Assembly: GCA_022711395.1 (NCBI GenBank) | Contig: JAKLFA010000003.1 | Location: forward strand, 98,509-162,508 | Direction of reading: 5' to 3' | Origin: Candidatus Omnitrophota bacterium | GTDB lineage: Bacteria > Omnitrophota > Gorgyraeia > Zapsychrales > JANLHA01 | DNA: 64,000 nt | Shown: positions 38,035-46,776 of the stretch, one piece after another | Position numbering within the stretch: position 1 is the stretch's first letter | How the letters are laid out: each line of letters opens with the position of its first letter | Notes under the pieces: model-generated | Told to the model about the DNA's origin: nothing | The model's input: the letters and a program-made list of their open reading frames with translations, nothing else | Databases searched by the model: none | Position numbers and translations under genes: made by a program

Positions 38035-39471
38035 CTAGCTTTCTCCCTCCCGCATCTCATGATAAACATCGTCGGCGTTGACCTTCCACAGGTCATAGGG
38101 AGCGCCCGGGAGCCGCAGATAATTGCGCGCCGCCAGGATCCCCGTCATGATCGAATGGTCCTGATTGTTGTATTTGTGCATTCCGCCGCGGCCGATCGCT
38201 GAGAAGTTGGAAAATTCATCGATCCTGGACTTCAGCACGTCATAATGGCCTTCAAACCCGACATAGCTGGCCGGATACGCCTGCGCCTCCCGCACGACCC
38301 AGGACCGTTTGACCGACCGGCCCTGCACAAAGCCCAGCAGCTTTAACTCGTCGACCGCGAGCCTTTCCAGCGCCTCATCCGTCTCGTTCCAAAGGCCCTC
38401 GTTCTGGAAGACAAAATATTCCACGCCCAGCGCGCTCGTGCCGGGATGATCGACCATCGCTTTAGAAAAATTGCCGTAATTGACCAGCCGCGCCATGCGC
38501 ACGTCCGGAGAATGAATGTAGATCCACTGGTCCGGGAACAGGCCCTCCCCTTCCAGAAGCAGGTTCACCGTGATGTGATCACGGTATCGCAGCGCCTTCA
38601 CCGCTTCCTGCACGCGGGTCGGCTCTTGGGGGTCCAGCATGCTGAAAAAACCCTTCAGCGGAATGCTGCTGAAAAAATGCCGCGCGGTAATGTTCATGCG
38701 CTCTGAACCGTCGAGGCAGACATCGACGGACTTGATCGTTGCGCCCTCCCGGCGGATCCCGGTAACGGCCGCCTTCAGCAGAACCTCTGCGCCCCCGGAT
38801 TCGATCCTGCGGCGCAGCGCTTCATACATCTGACCCGACCCCAGGACCGGATAATGGAATTCTTCCACCAGGCTTCTGACATGGTTGTCTTTCTTTTTCA
38901 GGATGGCCTTTTTTAAGATCTGCAGCACGCTGAGATCTTTGATCCGCTGCTCGGCCCACTGCGCGCTGATCTGGTCACACGGCCGGCCCCAGACCTTCTC
39001 GGTATAGGTCTTGAAAAACGCGCTGTAAAGAGCGCGCCCGAACTTCTGGACCACCCAATCCTCGAAGGTGTCCGGCTTTTTTGGGGGGGCCAATTTCGAC
39101 GCGACGAAGGAAGCGATCACCTTCAGCGATTCAACCGGGCCGAGTTTCAGCAGGACGTCCACAGGTTTGATGGGGTAATGAAAAAATTTTTTGTTATACA
39201 AAATGCGCGTAAGACGTGAAACCGGAATGAAATCAGGCCCCAGGGTCTCTTTCCACAACGCCTCGATCTCGGGATTGCGGGTAAAAAAACGATGCGGCCC
39301 GATATCGAACCGCGCGCCTTCATGGACTTCGGTCCGGGCAAGGCCTCCGACGATGTGATTGCGGTCGACGATGATCGTGTCCTTCACGCCGTGTTTGGCC
39401 AGCTCCGCGGCCGCTCCCAGCCCCGCCGGTCCCGCGCCCAGGATACAACATTCGCAAGACTTAAAGATCAT
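38035..39471 (-). CDS. FAD-dependent oxidoreductase (UDP-galactopyranose mutase-like)
   Basis: ILGAGPAGLGAAAELAKHG dinucleotide-binding motif; length 478 aa. Confidence 0.8.
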   Translation of the reverse strand: MIFKSCECCILGAGPAGLGAAAELAKHGVKDTIIVDRNHIVGGLARTEVHEGARFDIGPHRFFTRNPEIEALWKETLGPDFIPVSRLTRILYNKKFFHYPIKPVDVLLKLGPVESLKVIASFVASKLAPPKKPDTFEDWVVQKFGRALYSAFFKTYTEKVWGRPCDQISAQWAEQRIKDLSVLQILKKAILKKKDNHVRSLVEEFHYPVLGSGQMYEALRRRIESGGAEVLLKAAVTGIRREGATIKSVDVCLDGSERMNITARHFFSSIPLKGFFSMLDPQEPTRVQEAVKALRYRDHITVNLLLEGEGLFPDQWIYIHSPDVRMARLVNYGNFSKAMVDHPGTSALGVEYFVFQNEGLWNETDEALERLAVDELKLLGFVQGRSVKRSWVVREAQAYPASYVGFEGHYDVLKSRIDEFSNFSAIGRGGMHKYNNQDHSIMTGILAARNYLRLPGAPYDLWKVNADDVYHEMREGES

Positions 39472-39517
39472 CCGACATTCTCCATTTTGATACAGGGGCC
39501 GATACAGGCCCGGCGCC

Positions 39518-39772
39518 CTATCTCTTCAACATTCCCTTTATGATCATGCTGATGGCAAAACAGATCAACGCAATGAATATCACGGCCGGCCACGCGAACG
39601 GGCTCAAGAACGCCCTGGCGATCCAATCCAGGACGGTGCACGAATAGGGCTCGCCAAAATGATTCACACATGTGCCGAAAAACATGAAACCATTTTTCGG
39701 TATCCACCACATCAATTGGATACCCGTTATAGCTGCCAATGTGAGAGCGGCTGTTAATACTAACACGAACAT
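39518..39772 (-). CDS. Small membrane protein (84 aa)
   Basis: Two TM helices. GGAGGG RBS upstream. Confidence 0.5.
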   Translation of the reverse strand: MFVLVLTAALTLAAITGIQLMWWIPKNGFMFFGTCVNHFGEPYSCTVLDWIARAFLSPFAWPAVIFIALICFAISMIIKGMLKR

Positions 39773-39824
39773 GCTCTACCCTCCGTCTTCCATTTTCCGT
39801 TTTCTATCTTTCCTCTTCCCTCTT

Positions 39825-40430
39825 CTATTTTTCCTTAAAAGATGTCATGTGCCTTATCAGCTGTATATCTTCCAAAACAAAATTCCCCAGGTCCGCCGCG
39901 AGGGTCGCGATGCCCATCGAATGCTGATCATAAAGCCGGTAGGCCTTGCCGATCTTCTGAAGATCTGTCCGGTAAATGACCTTCACCCTGACCGCCTGGA
40001 TCTTATGAACGCTCGGCCTGCCGTCAAAGTTGCAGAAAAAACAGGACCCCGTCGGGATCACAAACAGAAAAAAATCCTCATCCCCGTATTTTTTGGTGAA
40101 GAACTCGGCTTTTAATTTGATCTTCAAATCCGCCTGGTCTTTGGAGGCGGCGAGCGTATAACCGGCGTCCTGAAGTTGAGCGGGCAAGACCTCATTGAGG
40201 ATATCGCATTGCTCTTGTGCGGATTTAAACAACGGTCCGCCGCAGCCTTTGAGCTCCCAATAAACCGACCGGATGTCCTTAGACGATGCGATCGTGGCAT
40301 CCTTCCCGATGCGATCCTCGGCCTGGAATGTGTAGGTGGCGCAGCTGTTATAAACCAACAGGCTCATCATCGCCAGCACCAGCGGCGACCAGATCAAATA
40401 TTTTTTCACCTTCATCGCTTTACGCTCCAC
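39825..40430 (-). CDS. Lipoprotein, hypothetical
   Basis: Signal peptide plus lipobox (LLVYNSC). Confidence 0.55.
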   Translation of the reverse strand: MERKAMKVKKYLIWSPLVLAMMSLLVYNSCATYTFQAEDRIGKDATIASSKDIRSVYWELKGCGGPLFKSAQEQCDILNEVLPAQLQDAGYTLAASKDQADLKIKLKAEFFTKKYGDEDFFLFVIPTGSCFFCNFDGRPSVHKIQAVRVKVIYRTDLQKIGKAYRLYDQHSMGIATLAADLGNFVLEDIQLIRHMTSFKEK

Positions 40431-40445
40431 ATTTCCATTGTGTTT

Positions 40446-40622
40446 TAATAAGACACTACGACACTATGACACTGAGACACTAAAAACCTTTAAACAAGAC
40501 ACTGTGACACTACGACACTCAGACACTAAAACCCTTAAAACCAGGAAACCAAAAATCTTTTTTCTTTTCACTTTTCACGTTTTCACGTTCATAGTGCCTT
40601 AGTGTCACAGTGTCTTATTTTA
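40446..40622. repeat. Octamer-repeat palindromic element, copy B
   Basis: Terminal inverted repeats AATAAGACACT/AGTGTCTTATT. Two blocks of GACACTNN octamers, each followed by AAAACCTTTAAAC-like spacers, plus an internal TTTTCAC(G) x3 tandem. Confidence 0.85.
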
Positions 40623-40643
40623 ATTAGGCCGCTGCCCCCGATT

Positions 40644-41441
40644 TTATATAATATCAAGAATCCGTTGAATTTGAGGAACGCCGTACTCTGCCCTTCCAGT
40701 AACAACTTTTAAATTCGGCAGCACTTCACACTGACCAAAACTATGAGTATGGCCGCACAATACCGTCATCTCAATCATAGGATGTTTTTCCATAAAATTC
40801 TTCAAGACATTTCCGACAACTTTACAAGAAAAAAACGGCAACCAATCATCTCCTGAAATTTGACCTTCATGCCAAGTCGCTTCTTTAAATGGCGGGACAT
40901 GAGTCAAAACAATGATCCTGTTATGCTTCTTTACTGCAAGAGGAAGAACCCGTCTAAAATGTTCTGCCGCTTCATTAGCCAATTCCTGAATAGCACTTAA
41001 ACGCAGGGTCCGATCCCTCGTCTTCAATTCATCGATCAAATAAAAATCATTCAGTTCTACAGAACTACGGTAAAAATCTCCAAACCGTCCATCAGCCCAG
41101 GAATCATGCCCGATCAAAACCGTGTGAGTCGATAAGCTTACAGAGTCGACTGCATTTAACCAAATTAAATTCTCAGAATTTTTTACCAGATCAGCAACCA
41201 TTGATCGGGTTCCCTTGATCGATCCCTCATAATAATCATGGTTACCAAGAACAAAATAGATCGGTCGCTTTAAAACAGATTCCGCATGCTTAAGATAATC
41301 AATGATCTTATCGGCTTCGCCAATATCTCCCGAAACAAAAAAACAATCAACCGTTTCCTCAGATACCAGCAACAGGAACTCTTCCAGTTGATCGTGTTTT
41401 AAAAAATTCAAATGAATATCTGTTAACCAAGCCGCATTCAT
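40644..41441 (-). CDS. Metallophosphoesterase (calcineurin-like)
   Basis: DIHLN, GDIGE, GNHDYY and GHTH motifs. AT-rich codon usage marks it as part of the foreign island. Confidence 0.8.
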   Translation of the reverse strand: MNAAWLTDIHLNFLKHDQLEEFLLLVSEETVDCFFVSGDIGEADKIIDYLKHAESVLKRPIYFVLGNHDYYEGSIKGTRSMVADLVKNSENLIWLNAVDSVSLSTHTVLIGHDSWADGRFGDFYRSSVELNDFYLIDELKTRDRTLRLSAIQELANEAAEHFRRVLPLAVKKHNRIIVLTHVPPFKEATWHEGQISGDDWLPFFSCKVVGNVLKNFMEKHPMIEMTVLCGHTHSFGQCEVLPNLKVVTGRAEYGVPQIQRILDII

Positions 41442-41493
41442 TTTTATTAAAATCCCGCCCTCATGTACGTAAAAAGCTCTCCAGCCGTCTCTT

Positions 41494-42285
41494 CTATGTT
41501 AATTGTGCGATCAATTCTTGAAACCGTTCAAAAATATCCGTCCTTAAATCATCAATAAATACATCCGGTCCATTTTCTTTTTCAACCATCAAACAACCGG
41601 GGCTTGAATTACGCTTAAAATATTTTTTCAAATTCTTTGCCGCTTGCGGCAACTCACCCCTTTTATAATATTGATGAAACTCTTTCAAAATAACATCAAG
41701 GTCGGGAGCATAGCGCAATATAAAGTAGATATAAAAAAGATCTTTCGCTTGTTTTAATTCGTCCTCACGCTCAACAAACACCGCTGATTTATGATAAATA
41801 AAAGCTGAGGGTCTAGGACATAATAAAGAATGGGTTTTATCTCTTCGTGCATCTTTGACGCTGACTGGCGCTGAATGACTCAATAAGAAATCGAAGTCGG
41901 GAAGTTTGTTAAGGCTCATTTGAACCCCAACGAGTTTTTCGACATTCTCTACCGGAATATCCGTCGAACTGATAAAGTCAATGCGAACTTTCCCGCTCTT
42001 AAATAAAACAACCGGATACATCCGATTCATATCTAGATGGCGTTCAGTATAATCAAAGTCCGACAAAATCTGAAAGATGGTTTTCTTATGAACTCGCGGC
42101 TTCTTTGGGCTCACACCAAAATCAATATCCAATGTTGTAACCGGGTTAACAGTAAAATTTTTCCAGATAAAGCGGGGATAAACATACGCCAACCATCCCC
42201 CAACAAGCGTAAGCTCACCGAGATATTCATTCAAATCATCAAGCACACAAAAAAATAAATCTTCTGACTCCATATTATTGGCCAA
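41494..42285 (-). CDS. Nucleotidyltransferase-fold protein, AbiEii-like toxin candidate
   Basis: LTLVGGWLAYVY...R...TLDIDF is an NTase-fold G-G...D-x-D pattern. It overlaps the upstream partner gene by 11 nt. Confidence 0.45.
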   Translation of the reverse strand: MANNMESEDLFFCVLDDLNEYLGELTLVGGWLAYVYPRFIWKNFTVNPVTTLDIDFGVSPKKPRVHKKTIFQILSDFDYTERHLDMNRMYPVVLFKSGKVRIDFISSTDIPVENVEKLVGVQMSLNKLPDFDFLLSHSAPVSVKDARRDKTHSLLCPRPSAFIYHKSAVFVEREDELKQAKDLFYIYFILRYAPDLDVILKEFHQYYKRGELPQAAKNLKKYFKRNSSPGCLMVEKENGPDVFIDDLRTDIFERFQELIAQLT

Positions 42286-42958
42286 GGGTTTTTCCTTCCT
42301 GTTCCAGCTTTTCTTTTAAGAACTCCGACTGCTCTCTCCCCCTGGGCTGAAAATGATATAAATCTAAAAATAACTGCAAATTGGAAACAACAGAATATCC
42401 TTCGATCTTTTGACTGTTTGCAAAAGTGCTTGTTTTATAATACGGCTCAATAAAATGCACATTTCCCCCGGAAACAAGCTCTTTCAAATCAAGTTTCTGC
42501 CGGACATTAAGAATATCCTTATCCCAGTTATCCGTTCTCAAATAAATGTATACTTGATCTGTTTTCACATAAGACGTTAATAAATTAGCACCTGAATGAA
42601 GCGTCAGCGCATAGGTATGATTATTAAGAACGGCTTTCATTTTTTTCAATATATCTTGGTCGTGAGTGTAATACGTCTTGACTGTATTAAGCTCAAACTT
42701 ATAAAATTGCGTCCATTCTTTGATAAGCTTGTCAGGGTAAGTCAACACTGTATGACTCTCTGGTCCTTTTTTGATACGCTCCGCATATCCCTTTTGAGCG
42801 ATGATCTCTAAAACCTGCTGTGTTAATCCGAGACTAACCCCTTCAGGCCCGTTGAAATCTCGCACGACCCATTTGCGATCAGGCTCTTGAAGCATCTTCC
42901 TAAGAATTAATGTCGCCTTATCAGCAAATATGTTCTTTTTATATGTCTTTTTGTTCAT
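42275..42958 (-). CDS. wHTH regulator, AbiEi-like antitoxin candidate
   Basis: Likely start MNKKTYKK at 42958, with a wHTH-like N-terminus (ATLILRKMLQEPDRKWVVRDF...GVSLGLTQQVLEII). Nested operator palindromes lie immediately upstream. Confidence 0.4.
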   Translation of the reverse strand: MNKKTYKKNIFADKATLILRKMLQEPDRKWVVRDFNGPEGVSLGLTQQVLEIIAQKGYAERIKKGPESHTVLTYPDKLIKEWTQFYKFELNTVKTYYTHDQDILKKMKAVLNNHTYALTLHSGANLLTSYVKTDQVYIYLRTDNWDKDILNVRQKLDLKELVSGGNVHFIEPYYKTSTFANSQKIEGYSVVSNLQLFLDLYHFQPRGREQSEFLKEKLEQEGKTLGQ

Positions 42959-43018
42959 AATGTTCACCAATCTATCAATGTTCACTCTTTAGTGAACAAT
43001 ATATAATATATGAACATT
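42959..43018. promoter_or_regulatory. Operator-like nested inverted repeats
   Basis: Half-sites TGTTCAC at 42961 and 42979, and GTGAACA/TGAACAT at 42992 and 43011. TGTTCAC-TCTTTA-GTGAACA is a perfect 7-bp IR. TATAAT-like sequences fall between the sites. Confidence 0.55.
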
Positions 43019-43022
43019 AATG

Positions 43023-43184
43023 TCAAGCGCTCTGGACATACTCACCGTTCTGCTCTTCCTGCACGATGCGCCGGCCCGTTTCCCAGGCAAACCTGACCTG
43101 CGCCTCCCGCGCGTTGGTGTACAGAGCGGAAATATCCTCGACGAGTTTTTGGAACCTGTTTTTAGCTGGAAGGTTGGTGGGCAT
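43023..43184 (-). pseudogene. Truncated N-terminal remnant of a DUF1016 (YhcG-like PDDEXK nuclease) gene
   Basis: A GC-rich 162-bp segment inside the AT-rich island. It encodes MPTNLPAKNRFQKLVEDISALYTNAREAQVRFAWETGRRIVQEEQNGEYVQSA, matching the conserved DUF1016 N-terminus (..NxxLvxLYWxIGrxI..eq.G). It stops abruptly at the AT-rich operator sequence. Confidence 0.5.
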
Positions 43185-43201
43185 GGGCGGTCACCTGTTA
43201 T

Positions 43202-44404
43202 TTACGAATATGTTTCCTTTGTAAAACGCCAATCATATCCATAAGCTTTTTTACGATACCCATATCCTGTTGTACATGGTTTGCGCAAACAAACAGAACT
43301 AATTGATGAAACACAGTTCGTATTTTTAACTTTGCCTTTTTCTACTAGCCACTTTGCCGCCTCATGCTGGCTTGAAAATACTTTCAAAATATTCCCCGAC
43401 TGCAAATCAATCATACAAACTTCTTTACTTGTTTTCGCTGCAGCAGCTTTAGCTCTTTTTTGTGCATTTGCTTGCGCTTCTTGAGAATGTTTATTCTTCC
43501 ATTCTTTTAATGATGCTTTACGCTTTTCATTAGCTTTTTGGCTTGTACGCGAACTTATTAGCTTTTCCTGCCAAGCCTTATATTTTTCTGGGTTTTCTTT
43601 AGCCCACTTTTTAAAGCCAGCTTTTCGTTTTGCTTGGCATTCAAGAGTTTTAATTTTTTCGTGACTTTTCTTTTTTGCTTCAGCATATTCCTTGGGGTTT
43701 TCCTCTCTCCACCTTACAATACGCTTACTAAACATTTCACGATATTTTTCTGAGCTCATGACTTCTTTTATTCTTCGACTACGCGCGCGAAGTTCTGGTG
43801 TATCACCCGATCGAAAAGCTTTTTTGGATGCTTCAAGCATCGGTTTAAACTGCTCAGGATGATTTTTTATATACTCACGTTTCTTTTCGCTTGTTTCTGC
43901 GATGGATGGATGCTTAGTTGTTCCACCGCCGCCAGCAACAAGATTAAGGCATTTTTCATCAGACAAAAGGTCTTTATCGACAATAGTCGCTTCAAGTTGT
44001 TCTGCTTCCTCAGCGGTCTCACATTTTGCGATATAATAACGCGCAAATCGATCTTTATATTTTTTAAACTTATTTACAAATTTTAGTCCAGATCCTTGAT
44101 ATCGTTTTAATTGAGACCATGTGGGCCGATTAGCTTTACCAATATAATATTCGCCGCTTTCCCAGTTTATTTGAATATAAATTACTCTATAATAACCATC
44201 ACTTTCATTTCGTTTACGAACAAGTTCACTTGGGGTTAAAACATCAAACCAACGGTTTTTTATTGCAATACGCTGTTTATTGAAACCCCATTTTGCTGAA
44301 TTACGTTTTGAATCAAAAAAAGCGGACAGATTGTCATCCAAAGACAATTCAGCCGGATTAAATTCCTGCCAAACTCTGATATTTTCATTAATTGTTATTA
44401 TCAT
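43202..44404 (-). CDS. GIY-YIG homing-endonuclease-like protein with a C-terminal IENR1/NUMOD-like DNA-binding repeat
   Basis: N-terminal YYRVIYIQINWESGEYYIGKA (GIY...YIG). Lys/Glu-rich linker. C-terminal KVFSSQHEAAKWLVEKG...TTGYGYRKKAYGYDWRF matches the intron-encoded nuclease repeat pattern (F-x-S-x-x-EAA...G-Y-x-W-x-F). Confidence 0.6.
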   Translation of the reverse strand: MIITINENIRVWQEFNPAELSLDDNLSAFFDSKRNSAKWGFNKQRIAIKNRWFDVLTPSELVRKRNESDGYYRVIYIQINWESGEYYIGKANRPTWSQLKRYQGSGLKFVNKFKKYKDRFARYYIAKCETAEEAEQLEATIVDKDLLSDEKCLNLVAGGGGTTKHPSIAETSEKKREYIKNHPEQFKPMLEASKKAFRSGDTPELRARSRRIKEVMSSEKYREMFSKRIVRWREENPKEYAEAKKKSHEKIKTLECQAKRKAGFKKWAKENPEKYKAWQEKLISSRTSQKANEKRKASLKEWKNKHSQEAQANAQKRAKAAAAKTSKEVCMIDLQSGNILKVFSSQHEAAKWLVEKGKVKNTNCVSSISSVCLRKPCTTGYGYRKKAYGYDWRFTKETYS

Positions 44405-44574
44405 GCTTTAATTGAAATAAAAGTGACGCGCACATTTATTGACTCATTTAAAAAAGGTGTACGTCACGCGTCCCGTTTATTATTTATTCATTTTATCTCG
44501 TGGCTCCGGATTCTTCTGCATAAGCCCATTGAATTCGTCTGCAGTCTTACAGACCAATTTTTTTACCCTTCATT

Positions 44575-46239
44575 TTATTGCTTACACCAAGCGGCGATGG
44601 TATTAATATTCTTCTTTATTGCCGCAGAGATTTGATCATCGCCAAGCCCATCAATTTTAATTAAGACACTGCTTGCCTTATGATCAGCATTCCGAAAAAT
44701 TCCAAGTTCTTCTTCAAATGATTTATCGAATACCGCTAAAGCATCCTCCATAATCCAAGAACACGGTCTTTTGTTATCAGACTCGTCTTTCTTTCTACCA
44801 TCTAGGTCAAAAACGGTAAAATATGGTATTCCAAAGGCTTTGCATAATAGCTGGTAATATGGGATCTTCGACTTCCCATTTGCACTGATAATGGTCACGT
44901 CACAAAGACTTTTATTAATCTTATTAGCCAAAACCGGCATTCCATATTTCTCAGCGGGTCCTTCAACAATTAAACATTTACGGGCAAAGAATATTTGATT
45001 ATCCTCACGAAAGAATACTGTTTTATGCTGATGAAATTTTTTAATCTCATCGAGGTGCTCCGACACTTCCTTGTTTTCTATAACCTCATTCAGCTTTTCT
45101 GCCTCCGGCGTATTCTTAAAATCTCTGTTGAACCGACTTATTGAATCCCAATTGGCGATACTTATAAAACAATCCGATTGCGTTGTGTAAACTATTTGAG
45201 ATGATGATTTTTGAAATTCCTTGAACAATCTCGACTGCAATTGAGGATGCAAATGAAGTTCCGGCTCATCTATAAGAAATACTATTTCCCCTCTCGAAAG
45301 ACTACTAATAATCTCTAATAAAAAATAAGCCAATAAAATGGAGATACCGGAACCGAGGTTTTTCTGGTCAATTTGATTCGACCCATCGCGTAATGAGAAA
45401 AAAGATTTTAAAAACGGCTGTTCGATATCCAATAAACTCAGCTCTAGATTTTCGCACTCAATACCAACAAAATCTTTTAGCTTCTCTCCTAGCGGCCGCA
45501 TAATGCGGTCATTTTTTGGATCAATCACAGTGGCGATAACCTGGCTGTAAAAATCTTCCCACTTCTGCACGATATCCACCTGAACCCATTTATTCCTGTA
45601 TCGCCAGTTTAAATCCTTTATTATTTTACTCAAAAGCGTATTAAAACCGGTACTTGCTTCACTTTCTCTGTCACGATCAAAATAAAATATGTTTGGATAA
45701 TTTATGAATTCATTCTGCAGTGATAACCTTTGCTGTGTGAACTTAAAGACAGAGTTAGCTGTTTTACGCGGAGATTCATATCCTTGATCAGTCTTAAGCA
45801 CTTTATCTGGGATTTTGGTTGATAGCGCATCTAAATAAATGCACTGAAGCTCCTCTTTAGAGTTATACAAAATTGGTACAGCATATTTCTCTGTCACGAA
45901 CGGATCAGACAATGCTTTTCCTCCCGCGGCCTGTTTTCTTCTATGCGCTGAAAACACGACGCTTCGACACAAAATATCCTGAGTGGTATACCCATCGGGT
46001 ATCTTACACAAAAAGGGCTTATCGAAATATACTGTTATCCCCAAATCTCCTTCGTCGCTATTATTGAAATCTTGCTCAGTGATATATGCATATCCTGATG
46101 AAGTTGCTAAATTAATAGCTTCTAAAATCGTGGTTTTGCCACAACCGTTTTCTCCAATTAAGGCATGACATTTTTGAAAATCGACATCAACTTTCTTAAA
46201 ACATCGAAAATTATTTATTTCTATTCTAGATATTGCCAT
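44575..46239 (-). CDS. OLD-family ATP-dependent endonuclease (ABC ATPase plus Toprim), apparently stand-alone (class 1-like)
   Basis: Walker A GENGCGKTT. ABC signature and Walker B region (VFLIDEPELHLHP). C-terminal Toprim (LIVEGPAEKYG ... FTVFDLDGRKK). Confidence 0.8.
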   Translation of the reverse strand: MAISRIEINNFRCFKKVDVDFQKCHALIGENGCGKTTILEAINLATSSGYAYITEQDFNNSDEGDLGITVYFDKPFLCKIPDGYTTQDILCRSVVFSAHRRKQAAGGKALSDPFVTEKYAVPILYNSKEELQCIYLDALSTKIPDKVLKTDQGYESPRKTANSVFKFTQQRLSLQNEFINYPNIFYFDRDRESEASTGFNTLLSKIIKDLNWRYRNKWVQVDIVQKWEDFYSQVIATVIDPKNDRIMRPLGEKLKDFVGIECENLELSLLDIEQPFLKSFFSLRDGSNQIDQKNLGSGISILLAYFLLEIISSLSRGEIVFLIDEPELHLHPQLQSRLFKEFQKSSSQIVYTTQSDCFISIANWDSISRFNRDFKNTPEAEKLNEVIENKEVSEHLDEIKKFHQHKTVFFREDNQIFFARKCLIVEGPAEKYGMPVLANKINKSLCDVTIISANGKSKIPYYQLLCKAFGIPYFTVFDLDGRKKDESDNKRPCSWIMEDALAVFDKSFEEELGIFRNADHKASSVLIKIDGLGDDQISAAIKKNINTIAAWCKQ

Positions 46240-46301
46240 TACGCCCTCTTATTATTGAACTTATAAAAATAAAGGCAACGGACACATTTGCTACGTTCCC
46301 T

Positions 46302-46652
46302 TTATGGCCGCTTTTCCATCCTGCCTTTGACCAGCTTGGCCGGATACTTCCTGGCGTTCTTCTTTATCTTCCTGAGGACCGCCTTTTCCAGGTCGATCCC
46401 GTATAGGCCGCAAAACCCCATCAAATAAATGGCCACATCCGCGACCTCATCCTCGATCTCAAATTTTTTGCGTTTGTCTTTCAAGATCTGAGCCGCCTCT
46501 TCAGCCGAATTCGTCCACTGGAAATGCTCCATGAGCTCCGCCGCTTCGATAGACAGGGACATGCTCAAATTTTTTGGGGTATGGAATTTTTCCCAATCCC
46601 GTTCTTTAACGAATTTTTTTATTTTATCCTGGATCAAAGATATTTCATTCAT
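46302..46652 (-). CDS. MazG-like nucleotide pyrophosphohydrolase
   Basis: EAAELMEHFQW and EIEDEVADVAIYLM match the MazG EExxE/D motifs. Start taken at the Met with a GGGGGAA RBS (the track ORF extends to 46712). Confidence 0.8.
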   Translation of the reverse strand: MNEISLIQDKIKKFVKERDWEKFHTPKNLSMSLSIEAAELMEHFQWTNSAEEAAQILKDKRKKFEIEDEVADVAIYLMGFCGLYGIDLEKAVLRKIKKNARKYPAKLVKGRMEKRP

Positions 46653-46776
46653 GCAATTCCCCCGATCAGAAAATAATAAAGGCCAGGGAGCTCCTGGCCA
46701 CAATACAGTCATTACGTTTTTTATATCTCAACTTTAAAAAAGCGTCCGTCATGTTTTTTGTTTTTTCCTATTTTTT

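Noticed and set aside
40439-40629. A clean MITE with a 7-bp target-site duplication TTTTAAT around copy B.
   Set aside because: The apparent TSD cannot be separated from the A/T-rich ends of the terminal inverted repeat (AATAAGACACT). Copy D shows no comparable duplication, so the TSD interpretation is ambiguous.
43020-43244. 74-aa plus-strand ORF in the GC-rich patch of the island.
   Set aside because: The opposite strand encodes a peptide with a clear DUF1016 N-terminal signature. The plus ORF has no features.
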